A stretch of DNA of 57,054 nucleotides, taken from Mesotaenium endlicherianum (taxonomy: Eukaryota). The notes beneath the pieces are model-generated. The model had not been told where the DNA came from. It was given only the letters and a program-made list of their open reading frames with translations, and did no database searches. Positions 46,520 through 57,054 of the stretch are shown here, piece after piece. Numbering within the stretch: the stretch's first letter is position 1; each line of letters begins with the position of its first letter. The stretch spans positions 107,041-164,094 of the forward strand of contig WELA01001240.1 of NCBI GenBank assembly GCA_009602735.1, read 5' to 3'. Position numbers and translations under genes: made by a program.

Positions 46520-47072
46520 AATCTTCACCAACCCCGTCGTGGTGTGTTTTCCAATCATATTGCCATGGGCCTTGGCAATTGCCTTTTCTCCCATTGCGTC
46601 GACTAGTTGACGAGATATATTGTCTGGTATTTCCAAACATCTCCCTTTCTCCAGATAATTTGGCTCTCGCCAGACAAAATTCTCATTGTCATCCCTGCTC
46701 ATTCCTTGTCCTCCAACTTTGAAGGCCCTGGACTGAGGGAATGCTGTGAATGTGGGCAGAACCTCCCTTGGTTCTCCGTGTGTGTTGATCTGGTACTGGT
46801 AGTAAGGATCTTTCTTGGTCACTCCCTGGTTTGAACTCCCAACGTTTCACCCCCTGGGCGGACGTCTGGTACTCGTTGCATTGATGGCTCCATCCTTCTC
46901 AGGACATGTGGGGAATACCGTTAGTTCAAAATATTTTGGCACGTTGTGACGATCCTCCATGTCATGCATCATTGAGCAAGACGTAATGACCCAATGTTGC
47001 CTCAAAAACCAGCCATGGATATCCTGGCTGTATTTGGTTATATTTTAGGCCCGGGTGTACATTCTCCATGCA
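46520..47072 (-). pseudogene. C5-DNA methyltransferase, C-terminal half (motifs VI, VIII, variable region, IX, X)
   Basis: MENV at 47069-47058; LGHYVLLNDA*HGGSSQRAKIF*TN at ~46995-46920; EPREVLPTFTAFPQSRAF; WREPNYLEKGRCLEIPD; AIAKAHGNMIGKHTTTGLV. Confidence 0.75.
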
Positions 47073-47777
47073 TGAAATGAATCGACTTACTAAAAAGGCG
47101 ATTAATAATTAATGAAGATCTTTATATCAGCAAGTAATCTTCATGGTATTTTCTGTAAATTGATTAAACAGCAAAAGACAATACACTAGCAGTGGACAAT
47201 ACTCGTAATGGAAGAAAACTAGCATCAATAATGCAATCAGTAAACTCACACATAAGCAAGGCCAGGAGACAGTGCATACCAATGACTTCTCGCCTTGGAT
47301 TCAGATCTCTCTCAGTAAGCAGTACCAGAGAGTTGGCCTCGTTTTCAAATGCCGAACTTGAGAGCAATCCTAGCATATGAACATGGAATGAGTTTATTGT
47401 TCAACGGCCAGTGCGATGGCACCGCCTACCCGGGAGTTAACCACGTTGGTAGGACCTTGGTTAACCAAATCCACCACCATCTCCCATCATCCCGAATCGC
47501 CATCCATCCTGAGGATGTCATCTGGCCATTCATCTAGCACACCACACTTAGATGCATATCTAGGCAGTTTGTTGCTACCGAGTACGGAAGTCAGCTGGCT
47601 GTCAAAGAATGTGTCAGCAAGCTGACCTAAGATGACTTCAGCCTGCTGCCCCCGGCTGAGTCATTAAACTCATTATGTCATAAAATCCAGTAGATTCAAT
47701 ATTAACTAAAATTCAGCACGCTGAACTTATTTAAGTATTAAATTTAAATGAATATTATATCAACCAATATACTGATT
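47073..47777 (-). repeat. 3' LTR of the inner element (7 nt missing at its inner end)
   Basis: Direct repeat of 52772-53477. By eye there are roughly 45 substitutions plus a few small indels (~93% identity, approximate). Confidence 0.95.
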
Positions 47778-50700
47778 CAGTTTGTAAGCATTCTGCTGTA
47801 TCCTGCTGACATGTTCAGTTTGTAAGTATTCTGACCGACACGACGCACCACCAAATATGCACCGACCCAGACAGGATCAAGCTTTTTCTTGACCACACCA
47901 GGTAGGTACAGGTGCTGAGAATACGATTTGACCAAATCGCCCTTAGAAAATGTCAGTTTGCGACGGTGCTGATTAGTGTATTTTTGTTGGTTTGCCTGGG
48001 CTTTGTGCAGGTTCTGTTGGACTTCTGAGCCTGTCAGCAAACTCCTGGGTTAATTGGAGGGAGATCGGATTGTCAATCCCTTTAGGGTGAGTTAAAGACT
48101 CCCCTAGTATATCTGAAGGAGACTTAGGGACTCTACCCAGACTCAATTCAAAAGGAGTCTTGCCCGTTGACGGGTGCACCGCACTGTTGACCGCAAACTG
48201 GATTTGAGGTGACAGGTCATCCCAATTATCTTGCTTTTGGTTAATATAGGCTCTCAGTACCTCTTGCAAAACTCAGTTACTTCCTTCAGTCTGCCCATCA
48301 GTCTGAGGGTGGTTTGCTGTGCTGAGCAGCTGCTTGACTCCCATTAACCCCATTAAAGTTCTCCAGAACTCCGATGTAAATTTTGAGTCTATGTCTGAGA
48401 TGATAGTAGAGGGTAGCCCATGTTGGCATACTACATGGTTGTAGAACTGCCTCGCTGTTTCAAGTGCAGTTACTTTGACAGTTGTGGGGATGAAAATGAC
48501 CATTTTGTCAATTTATCCACTACTACCAGTATTGAATCATGCCCATCGGCGGTTCTTGGTAGTGTTACCACCCAGTCCATAGATATTGTTTCCCAGCGGC
48601 CAGCTGGGATGAGCAGCGTTGTAAGAGGCCCCCCGGTGGTGTGTGCCTAGACTTATTCCTTTGGCACTGGTCACAGGACTTAACGTATTTCAAGACCTCC
48701 AGAGGTAATCCCTCCCAATGATAATGTTTTGCCAGTTTGCCAACAGTTTTGGCCTGCCCCAAATGCCCACCCAGTAAACTGTCATATGCTTGACTCAGTA
48801 AACAGGACCTTATTTTCAAGTTATTAGGAATGACCAGCTACAGCCTGCCTGAAGTGGTTTCAGTCACCCAGACCCCATCCTTAAGCCTATACTCGAGTGC
48901 AGTAGCAGGACACACACCATCAGTGTAGCTGGGCTCAAATGTTGGGTCAGAAAGGTAGGCTTTCCTAAGTTGTTCAAGGAAGGACTTTTTCACCTTTAGT
49001 GAAGTGAGTGCACAAAGGACGTTATCTACAGTATGCTGACTAAAGTTCCTTTCTTGCAAGTCAGGTCTTCTAGAGAGTGCATCAGCAGGATTCAACTTCC
49101 CTGGTTTGTAGTCGATTTGGACTTGGAACTGCTCCAGCATCTGGCTCCAGCGGTTCTCCCTCCTCGACAGCTTGGACTTCTTCTGAAAGTGGGTCAGAGC
49201 TAGATGATCTGTAATCACCTTAAAAGCTTTACCATGTAAGTATGCTCTCCACTGTTTGAGTACATGAATGATAGCTAGCAGCTCTTTATCATGCACTGAG
49301 TAATTAATCTCCGCTGGATTAAATTTCATAGACTCATACAACACCGGATGCCACTCCTGCCGTACCTTACCATCCTTTGTGGTTTTGTCAGCAGGCTGCA
49401 ACAAAATAGCACCCATGGCAAAATCAGAGGCATCAGTAACCACCTGCACCGGTTTGCTGGGGTCATACACGGCTAGCACTGGGGCAGAACAAAGGGCATC
49501 CTTAAGGATTTGGAAGGCAGCCTGCTGCTCTTCCCCCCACACATACCCTATGTCTTTCTTGGTAAGGTCAGTCAATTTACTGGTCTTTGTAGATAAATTC
49601 TCAATAAATCTTCTATAGTAGTTAGCCTACCCAAGGAAAGATGTATCTTCGGAGACAAATTGTGGTATAGGCCAGTCCCTTATGGTCTGGACCTTCTTAG
49701 GATCCACACTGATGCCTTCTTTGCTGACAACATGGCCTAGAGATTCAATGCTTTCTTTGAAGAAATCACACTTGCTCATTTTAGCATACAACTGGTTCTT
49801 TCTCAGAGTGTCCATGACTGTCTTCAAGTGTTCAACATGCTGAGCTTCATCCTTAGAGAAAATTAAAATATCATCCAGGAAGACTTGCACAAACTTATCC
49901 AGGGAAGGTCTGAAATTGTCATTCATAGCATTCATGAAGGTTGCAGGAGCATTCGTCAGTCCGAATGGCATCACGTTGAACTCATAGTGTCAATAACGTG
50001 TGCGAAAGGCACTCTTGTGTTCATCCCCCTCAGCAATTTTGATTTGATGGTAACCATTCTTGAGATCTACCTTACTGAACACTTTAGCACCAGACAGGAT
50101 ATCAAGCAAGTCCTTCTGGGTAAAGCATACTTGTTCTTCAATGTAATTCTGTTAAGAGCTCTGTAATCAACGCACATCCGCATGCTCCCATCCTTTTTCT
50201 TAACAAAGAGGATGGGTGCGCCATAAGGTGATTTACTAGGGGAAATGTAACCATTTTCCTCAAGTTCTGCAATCTGTGGTTTCAACTCTTCGCTCTCCAC
50301 ATAAGACAAGCCATAAGTGCGTTGCCAGGGTGGCTGACTCCCAGGTAATAAGTCAATCCTGTGATCCACTTCCCTCATAAGAGGTAGTCCTGGAGGCATA
50401 TTTGAAACATGAGTGAGTTGAGCAACAATTTTTGCAGCAGTAGGGTGCTCCGGAGGGATTACCTTTTTTTCAACCACTTCCTCAAGTTGAGGAGGTAACT
50501 CTCTTAGCAGAAGACAGAACACTCTGTCTTCCTTCTGGTTTCAGCTGTCGATGAACTCCATTGCATTCAGCAATTTGCATCCTCCTAGAAGCCTCTTCTT
50601 TTTCTTCATTTGCCATCCATACAAGACAAGAGGAAGAGCACTGGTGGGTGCCAAGTTAGTCTGCCCATCATTGGCTCCTCTCACTTTAACTGTACCTTTG

Positions 50701-51527
50701 CTCCAACAGACTTCAGCTTGATGTCTATCAAGCCAGGACCTGCCTAGCACGAGATCATAGAAGCTTGTGTTGAGTACCTCAAATGTAAGCGATTTAGTTA
50801 GAATTGCAATGCCAGAACCTAACTGAACCTCAATAGGCTTGGTTATAATTCCTCCCAGGATGCTTGAGGCATCTCCAAGGAATATTTTTCTATTCCCTTG
50901 GGTGACAGTAGGCAGCCTTAGCCGCTTAACTAAGTCCTTGTGGATAAAAGTATGTGACGCCCCTCCGTCAACAGATGCCCTCACCTTCTTGCCTGCAATA
51001 ATGCAATGCAGTAGGATAGGAAGGGATACCTTTTCCTGACTTTTGCATTGTTCTTCTGACTTAGCAAAGAAATGTTCGACATCAGGTGGAACAAGATCAT
51101 CCAGAGTGTGCACTTTCCGGAGATCTATATTGCTGATGGTCTCCTTTATCTGGTTGTCAGGCATGCATAGTGAATCCAGTTCAGCAGGACCCATAATACC
51201 TGCTACGAGGGCAGGTAGTGACGACTCACTATCTCTAGCATCCTCACAATCAGTAGACTGGATTACTGACTGTTGCTGTCTTTTAAAGGCTGGTCTTTTC
51301 TCTCGACCTTTGGGAGGTGCTTGTCTGGACACTGCTCTCTTAGTGACCTGTCTGCTGGCAATGGAAGCAAATCGATTTTGTTGAGGCTGGTCTCGGCTTA
51401 GTCCTACCACCACCTCTTCCATAGCCGCCTCGAGAGAAACCACCTCTCCCTCTAGACTGTATAGCATTGTACTCATACCCATATTCATCACCCTGATCAT
51501 CCTCAGCCTGGTCTCCTTCAATTGCAT
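47778..51527 (-). pseudogene. pol of the inner element: protease, RT, RNase H, integrase (fragmented)
   Basis: VDGGASHTFI...[49 protein letters not shown]...[22 protein letters not shown]...DKELLAII...NPADALSRRPD; GGHLG...SCDQCQR; HGLPSTIISD..SKFTSEFW...HPQTDGQTE; DPVWVGAYLV. Confidence 0.93.
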
Positions 51528-52737
51528 TGTAGAAACCGTGGGGTTTTGACAACCTTAGACACCAAAGCATTACTTTGGCGCTTGTGATTGAATTGCTGCT
51601 GATCCCAGGCATTAGCATCCTAGATCAAGTCAACCAATATCTCATATTTTTTTTCAGCAAAATGACCTAAGACCTCAAATTTCAACCATACCTGAAGTAT
51701 GCTATCATATATTGCTCTGGCAAGTCTGGCTGCTTCATCATGTTCTCTTGGAACTTTTGAGCAAACTCAGCAACTGAAGTGGTCTGCTTCAGTGTCAGGG
51801 AGATCATCGCATAGATAGCTTTCTCCTGCTGGTTGATGACATCAAACTTCTCATGCAACTTCTCGACAAACTCTACCCACATAGGGTCACCGAGTTGCCG
51901 AGCCTTACGCTCTTCCTTCCAGTACAACCACCAGTCTGCAGCACTCCCTTTCAGTAGCGCACCGGTGTGCCTGACCTTCTCGTAATCTTGCAGTTCTGGG
52001 TAGTTCTCCAGCCACTGCTCAACATCCGCGAGAAACTTGATCAGGTAATATTTTGTGTTTCCCTCAGGATCATAGTCCTGGGGAGGTTTCGGCTTGGGCT
52101 TACTAGTCCCTTTGCCACCACCACCCGTGGTTTGAGAACCCAGTTGGTCTCGGTCTCGCAGTAGAGACATTATGATTCTTTTGTCATCCTGTTGAGATTG
52201 GTACATGCTCGCCATTTGCGATTGCATTTGCACAAACAATGCTCCCAAATCCACACTCTGAGGTGGGAGTCTAGCAAATGCAACAGCAGCATTGGCATCT
52301 ACTCGTTGAGTAGTGTCCTCAACAGTCCCTCTCGCTCCTGGAGCAGCAATTCCTACCGCATTCAGCCGGTCACGAATTTGACCTAGGGGCACATTGAGTT
52401 GTACAGCAAGAGGTGGATTCAAAATATTGGCCCTTGATGCCATTAGTTCTTTGACAGTGCGCTCGTCCGCTGGCTGTCCTTCCCTCCTTTCTGGATCTTC
52501 AACGACTTTTGCTAATCTCTCAACTTCTAATCTGGCTCTCTCCTCCTCAGCCTGCTGTGTTGCGATTGCGGCAATAGCAGCTGCCTCATCTGCAGCCTCT
52601 CTTGTTGCAGTATCTGCCACTGCTTCGGAATAGGTACGGGTTCCTGCTACATGGCTTTCAGCCTGATTTTCAACATTCTCGTTATCCTGGTTCTCCATGT
52701 CTCGGGAGTTGCTAGTTTGAGACCTCGTCTTTATCAT
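51340..52737 (-). pseudogene. gag of the inner element with zinc knuckle
   Basis: 351-aa ORF 52737-51682 (LLKGSAADWW...LKQTTSVAEFAQKF...YFRYG), then a frameshifted RGG-rich stretch and CFHCQQTGH*. Confidence 0.88.
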
Positions 52738-52758
52738 ACAAAGAAGACTGTGATAACT

Positions 52759-52770
52759 GCTCCGATACCA
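52759..52770 (-). other. Primer binding site (tRNA-iMet type)
   Basis: Minus strand TGGTATCGGAGC, 1 nt from the 5' LTR; 11/12 match to the canonical plant TGGTATCAGAGC. Confidence 0.9.
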
Positions 52771-52771
52771 C

Positions 52772-53484
52772 TGAAATGAATCGACTTACTAAAAAGGCGA
52801 TTAATAATTAATGAAGATCTTACATCAGCAAGTAATTTTTATGATATTTTCTGTTAATTGATTAAACAGCAAAAGACAATACACTAGCAGTGGACAATAC
52901 TTGTATGTCAAATGGAAGTAAACTAGCATCAATAATGCAATCAGAAAACTCACACATAAGCAAGGCCAGGAGACAGTGCATATCAATGATTTCTCGCCTT
53001 GGATTCAGATCTCTTTCAGTGAGCGGTACCAGAGAGTTGGCCTTGTTTCCAAATGCCGAACTGGAGAGCAATCCTAGCATATGTGCATGGAATGAGTTTA
53101 CTAGTCAACGGCCAGTGCGATGGCACCGCCTACCCGGGAGTTAACCACGTTGGTAAGACCTCGGTTAACCAAATCCACCACCATCTACCATCCCAAATCG
53201 CCATCCATCCTAAGGATGTCATTTGGCCATTCAGTTAGCACACCAAACTTAGATGCATATCTAGGCAGTTCGCTGCTACCGAGTACAGAAGTCACCTGGC
53301 TGTCAAAGAATGTGTCAGCAAGCTGACCTAAGTTGACTTCAGCCTGCTGCCCCCGGCTGAGTCATTAAATTGATTATGTTATAAAATCCAGTTTTTCAAT
53401 ATTAACTAAAGTTCAGCAGGCTGAACTTAACTAAGTATTAAATTTAAATAAATATTATATCAACCAATATACTGATTTATTACA
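52772..53484 (-). repeat. 5' LTR of the inner element
   Basis: The plus strand begins TGAAATGAATCG and ends TTATTACA. It is a direct repeat of 47073-47777. Confidence 0.95.
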
Positions 53485-53865
53485 ATGCGGCACATACACA
53501 GGTGGGTCCACATGATATTTCAGTACGTGGTTGATGGTTTTCACAATCTGTTTCCGATGTGCTGCACGTGTCGTTAAATCCTCTCATCCTTCCGACCTGC
53601 GAGAATGGCTAGCATGAAAATCCAACAAAGACTCAGTCAATGTTGTAAACATTCAAAAAAGGGGATGTACCTTTACAATGTTTTATCCATAATTCGGGCA
53701 ATCTAAAAATCCGGAGGCACTAAGTCTTGGAAATTCAACATTCGTCGCATCTCGTACTGCGGTGATGTCGTTATCCACATAGATGACTTTGGCCACTTTC
53801 ATCCCTCTCTGAATTATTGCCATTGTTCTTGAGCAGAGTCTCGCAAACAACTCCAGCACAACCAT
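53485..53865 (-). pseudogene. C5-DNA methyltransferase, N-terminal half (motifs I-IV)
   Basis: VVLELFARL (motif I FxGxG-like, G>R), VIYVDND (motif II-like), and ID*VFVGFSC*PFSQVGRMRGFNDTCS at ~53640-53560 (motif IV, consensus GFPCQPFSxAG..GF.D.R). Confidence 0.8.
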
Positions 53866-54158
53866 TTCTAATCGGAACGGTTCATCCGTTTAATGGGTGC
53901 TTGTGTATGATCCGCCACGAGGCTAGATGCGGCGCATGCGACACATTGCCGAAATGCGACGGAAATGTTGGTTTGAATGTGGATAAGTACAATTGGCGCG
54001 CAATCAAAGTACCTCAAGTTACCTTTTCATTTGTATCGTCACAGCTTGAGCCAATGGCGCCAATCCTGGCATCAGGTTAAACGCAGAAGTGACTAGATGT
54101 GGTATCGGCAACAGCTCTTGCTAGCTGAAGTCCATGTTACTCATAGTTTCTTGTTGCG

Positions 54159-55085
54159 TCATCCTCCCAGGTTGCCGCAGTAATGGTCTAAACGTACATT
54201 CTTATTTAGTGAGGTGTAGACGTGAGCCTCGCTTTGCAATGCCTCATTAATTTTCCTCGGATGAGATGTTGAGGTAAAACAATGCACTAACTCAGAAGCC
54301 GTCTCGCTGTTGCATACCATCTTCACATGAATCTCTTCCGTGGATTGTCTGCCTGTCTGTTGGTAGGTCACCTTTTGCATACCTGGGGGAATCAGGTCTT
54401 TTGTCCCCAGGATAACGTCATAATTCTCTTCTTTTGTAACAGTACACTCTATCATAATTGTTGCTTTTTCAAGTTTTCCCCGAATTTACTGTGATCCAGA
54501 CAGGCTTACGAGTGAGACCGCAAGACTTAGAAACCTGTCCTGATGCAGTCCTCAATTGGAAAGGGCTTTCTTCTAGTCCCTCTTAGTCAATCCCAGAGCT
54601 TTCACATCTCTTTTTCCCACGACGATTGACTGTACTCCCGTATCCAGCAAGATATTAGATGCAGTCCAGTTGTTGAACTTCATGGCGCCATCCTTCTTCT
54701 GCACTTTCACAGTGTTGAAATTGGTTGGCAATGAGGCACAATTTGCACCCTCCTCAGCTATATCTAGTTGTTTTTTGGCTTCTTCAGCCGTGAAAGGAAA
54801 AGTGAGATTAAGATCGGCTAGCGACAGCAATTTAACATGCTGTATCCGATTTTCCACCAAAGCTCTCAGCTTCTCTTGCAAAAAGCTGACTTGCTTGCGC
54901 GTCCCTGATCTAGTCTGGCGTAGCTTAGCAATCTCGTCCTTGTCCAAGGTGATCCTAAAGGTTTGGGGAAGCTTTCCAGCATTCCTAAGGACCAAAGTCA
55001 CCAAACAGTCATGATCTGCTTGCTCTTTGGCTACTGCGGCCATTGCCTTCTCAGGTATTGCCTTTGCGCCTTTGCATACGCACAA
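54159..55085 (-). pseudogene. Retroviral-type aspartic protease region of the outer element
   Basis: NILLDTGVQSIVVG, with YDVILGTKDL downstream. Confidence 0.8.
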
Positions 55086-55140
55086 CCTTTTCTGCTACAT
55101 CTGCATTATAATACACGTTTGGAGGGTCTAGTTTTGCAAA

Positions 55141-56525
55141 CTAAGCTTTGAGTCCAGCAATTTTTGCAGTCATAGCATCATACTTATGGTTACCCTTCCG
55201 GCGACCAGAGTTATCTTTTTCCATCTTTTTACCCTTATCTGCCTCTTGCATGGCAATATTAGCCCAAGGAGGCTTCACATTTGGGTTCTTAGACCACCAC
55301 TCATCTTCTGAGTATCCCTTCTTGACATTATGTGCACGTATTTGTGTGTTGCTAGCAGACAATTGCTTATCATCAGGGTAAGGACAATCTCTCTTCTAAT
55401 GTCCTGATTTTCCACAATTCCAATAGTCTTTCTGCTGTTTCAGCAGTGTTGGCATGTTTTGCAAACTAGTTAAAGGCTTACTTCTCTTGAAAATTAGAGC
55501 TAGACGCCTTAGGTGAGGAGAATTTCTTGTTCTTCTTAGGAGCCATAAGCGGCCTGGATGCCTCTTTATACCAGACTTTACCTTCTTTGATGTTGCGTGC
55601 TATTTCAGCAGCCTCGTTGACTAGTCTCGCGCTTTGCAGACAGGTGTGGCCTGACTTCACGATTTGTTTTTTTGCCCTAGCATAACATAAATATGTCAAC
55701 CACAATCCTGGGCTCGTAGATTCTTGCTTTTATCAGCAAGATCTACTAATCAAGACTTGACTTCCATGACGGTTTAGTTCTTCTGACGAACAAAATGCAC
55801 ATAACAGTGCACTTTCAGACTGCGATCTACAGGGAGGCGTTCTTCCAGCAACTTTGAGAACTGACGCAGGCAATGGTCAAGGTCAAGTTGGTCATCCCTT
55901 GCTTCTATGACCCTTCTGCAACCGCCCAGTACTTCCGCGTGACGGGCTTCAGCGGTATCACTATTGCCGTTTTGACCACTGAATGATCCTCTGCGCGTCA
56001 GCTCTTGAGCATTCGCAACCTTTTCAGACAAGTCTGCGCACAACTTCCGCAATTTTCTCACGGATCCAGCTTCATCATCATTTTCAGCAGCGGCCCTTCG
56101 CTGGCCATCAATAAATTGTAACAGGGCATTGGTTATTTCTTGTGTTAATGCATCTATGTTTAAGCTCTCAACAAGTGCAGCAGGCACCGCTCTTTCTGAA
56201 GACAAAGCAATCTTTTGGCTTTAGCAGCCTTTCTTTGGATTTTCAAATCCCTTGCCTTCTTTTGCTTTTTGAAATTCCATTCCTGGGTAAGGTCTTCCTA
56301 CTTTCGGAATTCACGATAGAGTAGCAAGACACCCTTATCCAAGTACTGAACTAGGCTTATGAATGCAATCGACTGCGTGTATGAAGCATCCTTCCGGATC
56401 TTTTCAAAGAAATCCGCCCAACAGATCTCATCGAACTCTTTGAAAGAGAGACTATCATCGCCTGTTTGTCCACTAAAACACTTTGAAGACAACTTAGAAT
56501 TCTCATCTTTTTTGTCACTAGCCAT
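55141..56525 (-). pseudogene. gag-like region of the outer element with decayed zinc knuckle(s)
   Basis: Run of minus-strand ORF fragments from an ATG at 56525. YWNCGKSGH*KRDCP at ~55425-55381 is a CCHC knuckle with its first Cys mutated. A possible second knuckle reads KKGYSEDEWWSKNP. Confidence 0.7.
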
Positions 56526-57054
56526 CTCTGTCGTGCGTTAAGAGGTCGAGCGCATCATTGGCACAGGCTGCAATGAGGTCTATAATACATGTGGCTTTAT
56601 AACCAAAAAGGGAATCAAGCGTCAAATGTTTTAACTAAGGGGTGTGTACTCTTTAAAGTGAGCACCTCAAGATTGTAATCCGGTAGGAAAACAACTAATG
56701 AAGTCTCGTCCAAAAGATCACTGGAAGCACATCATGATCTTCAAGAGTAGTCCCATGCAAGGGTTCAAGCTGTGACTTTGCTCACCACTTGTGAAGTTCT
56801 TCAAGTGATTGGAAGCCATGAGGGCTTGCTCTTCACAAGAGGGAGACTAAGTGGTCCTGAAAACAAAAGAGATAAAAGTGTAAGCTTCTACTGATAACTT
56901 TGTGTCTTACAACTGGCATAATGGACTTTTAAAAAGATGTCTCTCTATGTAGTGATTTGAGATATTATATATTAGTATGCATATATTTTTATGTTTTCAA
57001 ATATATTTGGAGTAGTATTGTGTGGAGTCAAGTGTGAATAGGTACTCTAGTAAC

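Larger units (their letters stand above)
47073..53484 (-). mobile_element. Ty3/gypsy LTR retrotransposon (inner, nested; chromovirus-like RT, iMet PBS), decayed
   Basis: Two ~700-bp LTRs (47073-47777, 52772-53484), TG...CA termini, 5-bp TSD ATGCA/ATGCG (47068-47072, 53485-53489), a PBS, and gag-PR-RT-RH-INT with stops and frameshifts. Confidence 0.96.
41662..56558 (-). mobile_element. Decayed Ty3/gypsy LTR retrotransposon (outer element, internal region) carrying a C5-DNA methyltransferase and a PHD finger
   Basis: Collinear minus-strand remnants: gag, zinc knuckle, protease (LLDTG), MTase, RT (YLDD), integrase, PHD and PPT. The order PR-RT-INT is gypsy-type. There are many stops and frameshifts. 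A matching LTR pair could not be identified by eye. Confidence 0.88.

Noticed and set aside
47164..47625. Short ORFs duplicated at 52862-53326
   Set aside because: These are incidental frames inside the two LTRs.

Overview
Eukaryotic, intron-rich DNA with microsatellite-laden introns and N-gaps flanked by poly-C/G. By inference it is from a green plant lineage, most plausibly a streptophyte alga. The left ~40 kb holds three spliced genes reconstructed by hand: Enhancer of Polycomb-like (minus strand, 12 exons), a DNAJC2/zuotin/ZRF1 J-domain+SANT protein (minus strand, partly in gaps), and a PERK-type proline-rich receptor kinase (plus strand). The right ~16 kb is a three-layer transposon nest. 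The outer element is a decayed Ty3/gypsy retrotransposon (minus strand): gag/zinc knuckle - protease - C5 DNA-cytosine methyltransferase (motifs I, IV, VI, VIII, IX, X readable) - ~2 kb unassigned coding region - RT - [RNase H deleted] - integrase - C-terminal PHD finger - PPT. The ORF track does not show either cargo domain whole. The methyltransferase is split just before its ENV motif by a 6.4-kb iMet-primed gypsy element with two LTRs and a 5-bp TSD. The PHD finger is cut off by a 354-bp TIR element with an 8-bp TSD. The main finding is this retroelement carrying both a DNA-methylation writer and a histone-reader fold. This copy is dead, and MTase-bearing gypsy elements have precedent in charophytes.
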